The notes under the pieces: model-generated
Seen by the model: the letters and a program-made list of their open reading frames with translations, nothing else
The model's database searches: none
What the model was told of the DNA's origin: nothing
Translations under genes and position numbers: made by a program
Part shown: positions 57,899 to 64,000 of the stretch, piece by piece
Layout of the letters: the number at the start of each line of letters is the position of its first letter
Numbering within the stretch: position 1 is the first letter of the stretch
Source: Chrysomallon squamiferum
Lineage: Eukaryota; Animalia; Mollusca
Reading direction: 5' to 3'
Assembly: GCA_012295275.1 (NCBI GenBank)
Contig: CM022671.1
Coordinates: 8,246,001 to 8,310,000, forward strand
Length of the DNA stretch: 64,000 bases

Positions 57899-60800
57899 AC
57901 TAGTATTTAAAATAACTATTTAAATAAATAAATTAATGAAATACAAAAATTTTAAACCTTGAAAAAAATTAAAAAGTTCCTTTCTGAATATAAAATTCCT
58001 CATTAATTATTAATTAAGATGTGATAACCTTAATAACAATGGATTTTGTTGTAAATTGTTAAATTTGATTAGTGCAGTTTTTTGTTTATGATTTTATCAT
58101 TTATATCAGGGATTCTTAAAATGATTTTGTGTAATTCACCTTAAATATTTTATCACAAAATTTCATCCATCCACAACAAAATGGCCTTAGATAATTTTCA
58201 TCTTCCTCCGCTTTATATAAAAATAAGTTTGTTACATGTACACAAAATACAGTTAATTCATTTATTAAGTATTCTTTTCATGTTTTTGAATTTTCCTAAC
58301 TAAAGAAATAAATAAAGACAGAGATGAGAAAGAATATTAGCATAGAAAAATTATTAGAATTTTTATTATTTTATTTTACATAAATGCAGAAAAAAAAAAT
58401 CAGTTTTCAGAACATAATTCATTAAATATCAGCATCTAATTATTTTTTTCCCCATTTTTTATTTCGTTTTCTCTACAAAGAGCATAAATTTAAAAAATGC
58501 AACCTATTATTTAAAGAAGAAAAAAATTAATATGTGTTTACACATTGATAAACTAATTTATATTACATTACTTGTCTTGTCATTTATCAATAGTCTAATG
58601 CAGTTTTGTTGTGAAAAGTTCAATGCAAACTGACAGCTTGACCTTTTTAAATGTCAAACAAGGATTTTGATACCCAAATAATGAGTCATTAGTAATTATT
58701 TCACATATATAATGTGATATTGTCTGAATAAAATACAGACAGTATATTATTTAGTTTTTTGGTATGAAGTCTAAATCTATTCAAATCATTCATACAATTT
58801 ATCTTGAGATGTATATAAATATCAAAAACAGTGGTATTTTCCTGTTAATGAGAAGGCATTGTGAAAGATCCCTTACTGCTAGAGAAAAAATAATAGCCTA
58901 TTGCATTAGTGGGTTTCTTTTTATTTATATGAATTTACCACATCTTACAATAGTGTCTTTAATAAGAAAAATTTTTTCAATGAAAGAAACAAAGCATTAT
59001 TTTTTTCCTGAATATTTTATATATGCTTTATATACATTTATTTGTAACACTGATCAAATTAATTTATGTTATGTAATGTTGAAGTGTTGTATATTTTCTG
59101 GAATTGTCAGATTAAACATGTGATTTGTTAGTGAAACATGCAAATTGTTGAACTAAGCCTGTAAATTGTTGTATTAAACGCATGACTTACCAGTGAAACA
59201 CATACACTGCCAATTAAACAAAACTGTTTGAAGTAAATGCAAATTACCCCTTAAATTGTCATGCTCATACTGTGTGTTCAAAAATAGGTTGTGTATTGTG
59301 CTACTGAATGAACTATTGTTCTAAAAAATTAATATAAATTTTCTAATTTATAATTACTGTAATAATAATTATGTAATGAGAATTTAACTAGCATAAATTT
59401 ATTCTATTTATTATATATTTATATTAGCCAGTATGCATCCAGCATGGTAAATAATCAGTATTTAACTAACATAAATCTTTATTATTTACTTTTTAATTAG
59501 CGTAAATCAGTATTATAATTTATGCTATCTAATTTTAAATTTACAAAAAAGAAAAATTAAAAAAAGGTTAAATGGTAAAAATAGTCATGATTGAGATACA
59601 TACGATTGTTTTTAATACAAATACATTTGATTGTGGAGCATTTAAAACATATATTTATTGATCATTTTACTGATTATTTTATTTTTATACAGATTTTAAT
59701 ATTTTCACTTAAGCAGCTATATATTCACTTACATAAATTATACCGGTAATGATGCGTAAAAGTGTTTTGTTTGTGAAAGTGTAAAAATGTAATATGTGTA
59801 TGGATGTACAATATATAGTTTTACATATATTCTAAATGATTGAATATATATAAACACGCACGCACACACACACATTCTTGTGTGTTACTTTTGGTGATGT
59901 CTTTGTTTTTCTTTGTTTTTTGAAAATTTAAATGAATATATATTAACACTAATCACATCCAAGATCTGAAGATTATAAAAAATTATGGAAAGAATTAATT
60001 ACCTAATTATTAAAGTTATCGCTAGAAATATATATGTTTATACTATGGTACAATAATGAAACAGGGTTTTGAATAAAAGATAAATTAACTGCACTTTTTT
60101 TGTCATTTATTTTTATAACATTTTATGTATATGTATATGTATAATAACAAAATTTAATATAGGCAGCTTAAAGAACACCGTTTACATTTTAAATAATGGC
60201 CGTGCTATTTTTTTGTGTGAGCGTTTGTTTTGTTTTTTCGCTAATATAGTTATTATTGTTTATTGTTTATTATTATTAATATTTCAATATCAGTATACAT
60301 TTTTTGCTTTATATATAAAAACGCTCTCCCAGTAAAACAGTTTTTTTTTCTTCTGAAACGGTCGATTTTTGAACAACGGAAGAAATTTAAAACGTTAACA
60401 GTACATACTCTGACTGGGGCAGTTTAACCTTCAGCCACTGCTAATTAACCCAGTTGGCAAATTAGATACTTTTTGTTGTTTTTACCTGTCTAAAAGCGAA
60501 GACCAGATCAATAAAAAAAACGACTACAGCACTAGAAAGAAGATTCCGTTGATTTCGTGGTGAAGAAGACTCAGACGCGATTTATTGAACTGATTTACTC
60601 AAAATGATTGAAACGAATTTTGTCTGCTAGACTGTGTTTTGCAGTCAGAATCGCTTCTCATTCGAGTGGAGTATATAAAATTACGATACTATAACGTGAG
60701 GTAATCATAAGTAACAAATGTGTATGTACTGTATATAATTTAAAACTGTTTTGACACTAATCATTAAAATTAAAGAAAAAACAAAATGTCAGATGGGGCA

Positions 60801-62292
60801 TTTCCAGTTAATGTATACAAAACCATAAGCAGAACAAAAAAAAAATGCTTCTATTACTTTCACTATTTTTACTACTGGTACCACGCCTACAACGCCAAAA
60901 AGACGACATTTCAAAGCGAAAAAAATTTAAAAATAAAATCAATAAATAAAAATCACCTTAAGGAAGATAAATTCGGCTACACAGTTACCAGCTTTGGGGG
61001 CATTAGTAGACAGTAATACACAATTAAATATTCATTACATTTAATTTATTTTATTCAAAACTCAGTCGAAATCATTTTGATTTCACAAAGTCGCCGTGTT
61101 TCACAACAGTATCATAATATTATTTGCATAAATAATATACAAAATTTTATTCCAGGAAATAATATCTTTTTTTTTTTTTTTTTTTTTTTTTTAAGCACAT
61201 TAATGTGTAGAAGACTTTTATTTTGAATAATTGTTTTTATTTCTCATATGGGAGTAGTCAGTTGTTTTTGAAATGGTTTTTTATATGATAATTAACTAAT
61301 TGTTGACAGCTGACAAATTATTTGCACTGAAATGCACGTAAAGGTGAATGTTAATTTGAATTATTCGCTCATAAACAAGCAAAACGTATAACTAATTCTA
61401 TTTAAACATGCCTCAAAGAAACTATTTAATTTACTGTTCACTGTTCATCACGTTATTTTCTGAAACAAGAGAACCAGTTAGTAAAAGTATAATAAATTAA
61501 TTTTGTCAGTGTGCTTCCAAATACAGTCGTACGGCTGAAGTATATTTAATTAAAAGACTAATGGCGATGTTTAATAACTATTGTGAAAGAGTATTACAAA
61601 CATATTGTTGAACAAACTCTTATTTACTCATTAAATTTACCAGAGCAGATTAATTAAATATGATACCCCCAATTTTTTCCAACAATTTTTTTCATCTAAA
61701 CTCAGCTGACGTTCCAAATGGTGAATCAGAAACTTAATAATAATTTTTTTTATTATGTCTGTTTTGTCAGGTGTAAATACAAGTAAAACGTACTCTTAAC
61801 ATTTGAATTAAATTTAATAATTATTTCACTGATAGGCAGTCGATACACTTCATAATAATCCAATGGGAAAAACAAGGGAAACTTTTTTCGCCCAGGTTTC
61901 CGCTGCACCATTTCACTGTTTGTGCTCCCATATGGCGGATAGGAAGTATGGAGATGTCAGACTACATAGGTCAAATATGCCCGGAATTACGCTCAGTCAT
62001 CGTTATGACTGCTTTAATTATCAATAATACACGAACCTTTAAAGCGAGCAAGTCGTTAATCAACTATGAACAGTGCTCAAATGTCCTTGCCGGCAATTTC
62101 CGAGGCCGTTGGACAATTTCCACGTGGTTTAATGTTCGTGGGAGTTGAAGTGATTATTAGGTGACGTTCGGTATCTCTCGTTTTCTGTCTAAAAGTGAAA
62201 CCGACATGAGCTCGTGCTTGATCGTCTGCTGTTGAGTTTATTTGAAGTTCATCACTGTAATCAACCGAAGAGTACAAAAACAGACGTCATTA

Positions 62293-62405
62293 TTTTTCTA
62301 TCCAGATATGCAACAGAACAAATTATTGAACAAAATATCACATAAATTATCTGTCGTGTTCTAAATCTTAAATGTTGCTTATTTTTTTGATTCATTTGCT
62401 ATGAC
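62293..62405 (+). repeat. Diverged direct repeat, copy 2 (copy 1 at ~57772-57898)
   Basis: Same collinear blocks as copy 1. Confidence 0.75.
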
Positions 62406-63104
62406 TTAAAAGTTGCAGGTTACTTTTGTAAGTTTTAAGGTTAACAATGGGAAATAAATATTAGACTGGTTTTTCTTCTCCTTCATGAATCATCATCACC
62501 CCCCCCCAAAAACGGACAGTTTTTAAAGTTATTTTATACCAAATATTAACTTCTTCTTTCTCGTCTTCAGCGTTTTACTTTTTTGATTTTATTATTGTTA
62601 TGATTATTATTATTATTTTAAAACAGACGGAAGTGCTATTCTAATGGGGATGTCATGGGTCTAAAAATCCGTCATCCTTCCCTGAATATAATTGTTTTTT
62701 ACCCTTCTATCGATTGTAATATTTCTTTATTAGATTTCGTGTGTTTTTGTAAAAAATTTAAATATATAAATATTTTTTTACCTGTTTACGTAAAATCCGC
62801 TGTCAGAGCTGAAAATTTCAAAAAAAAAATATGTGATGTATTTTGTAACTAAGACAATATTTCTCTATCATCTAGAACACCATTGTCAATGGCAATTCAT
62901 TTTATTGTCAGTTTTAGCTGGGAAAAAATCTCTGAAATTTGCTTTTTATGTGAAAGTTAAATGCGCATCTTTGTATGTAAATTATTTTTTTCCTTTGTGT
63001 TAATACGCTGCCATTTGTAAAAATTTGCGTGTTGGTGAATTATTTCTTTGTTTGTGTATAATGTATATATGGATGTATATATAAAACATACATATGCTTA
63101 TTTT

Positions 63105-63136
63105 TAGAGAGACAGAGAGGAAGCAATAGCCGAGAC

Positions 63137-63220
<84 letters not shown>

Positions 63221-63550
63221 CAGGGAAATGAGAAGAAAGAGAAAGAAGAAAGAGTAAAGAGTAGTTAGAAGAGAGAGAGAAAAAAAAAAAAAAGAGAAAA
63301 CAGAGAGCAGAGAGAAAGAGAAAGACAGTAAAAGGGAAAGAAAGAAAGAAAGTCAGAAGGAGAGATAATGAAAGACAGAAAAAGAGGCAGAGAGAGGGAA
63401 AGGAGAGACGGAGAGACACAAAAAGAAAATGGAAAAGAGAAAAAGTCACAGAAAAAAAAGGGGAGCGAGCTAGAGAGACAGACAGAGAGAAAGTTATAAC
63501 AGAGAAAGTTCTGAAGGAAAGAGACAGGTATAAAAAAAAGAAAAAAAAAG
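63105..63550. repeat. (GA)n microsatellite and purine-rich low-complexity tract
   Basis: Pure GA run ~63141-63218 flanked by GA/AAG-rich sequence. Confidence 0.9.
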
Positions 63551-64000
63551 AGATTTTATAATTGAAACACTCTGTGTTTTTAAGGGTTTTGAAATATCTC
63601 TATCCACAGTATCAGTGTATTTGTCGTATTTTTTTTCTTGTCATCTCGAAACTACAAAATCAATACAACTCTCTTTAATGTCAGTAACAGTTTATTTGCT
63701 TCTAGACGTCTATGTAATTTAGATTTACTGTGATGATAGGGAGGCGAATCCTGTATACATCCCTCTGTGTTTATTATTAATATCATCGTTATCATTATTA
63801 TCATCATCAGTATCATTTTTATTAACGAAACTTTTTTCTATAAAATGTAAACCAATTTCATTTTGAAAGGCGTATCCACCAAATTATTTCCAAAATCTCG
63901 ATTATCGATGTAAATTCTTGACATAAACACATTAAAATATTTTTTATTTGTAGAATGTATTCAAATTTATGTAAAATTCTGATTTTTTAAATTAAATATT

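Noticed and set aside
58107-58125. CAGGGGATTCTTAAA resembling a hAT terminus
   Set aside because: No matching second TIR or TSD found.
63000-63449. 149-aa Leu/Ser/Phe-rich ORF
   Set aside because: Translation of a GA-rich low-complexity tract.

Overview
Very AT-rich, microsatellite-rich, intron-containing animal genomic DNA. Composition and proteins suggest an invertebrate, possibly a mollusc/cephalopod, but the taxon cannot be proven from the window. Manual GT/GC-AG exon assembly gives seven spliced genes on strictly alternating strands: DNAAF11/LRRC6 (+, 5'-truncated), MANBAL (-), a GTSE1/PSRC1-family protein (+), a divergent IHO1/CCDC36-like meiotic protein (-), CIMIP7/C3orf84 (+), MRPL42 (-) and APEH (+). 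They form three head-to-head pairs around CpG-containing promoters. Highlights: the IHO1-CIMIP7 head-to-head pair also seen in human, a 2-nt phase conflict in the IHO1-like gene, two probable GC-AG introns and an N-terminal clathrin-box-like motif in the GTSE1-like gene, a hAT MITE with perfect TIRs/TSD, a ~1.15 kb intronic duplication in APEH, and an unexplained CpG-richer region at the end. Most ORF-track entries are microsatellite or antisense artefacts. Gene identities rest on recalled protein motifs, not database searches. No clearly new biological system was found.
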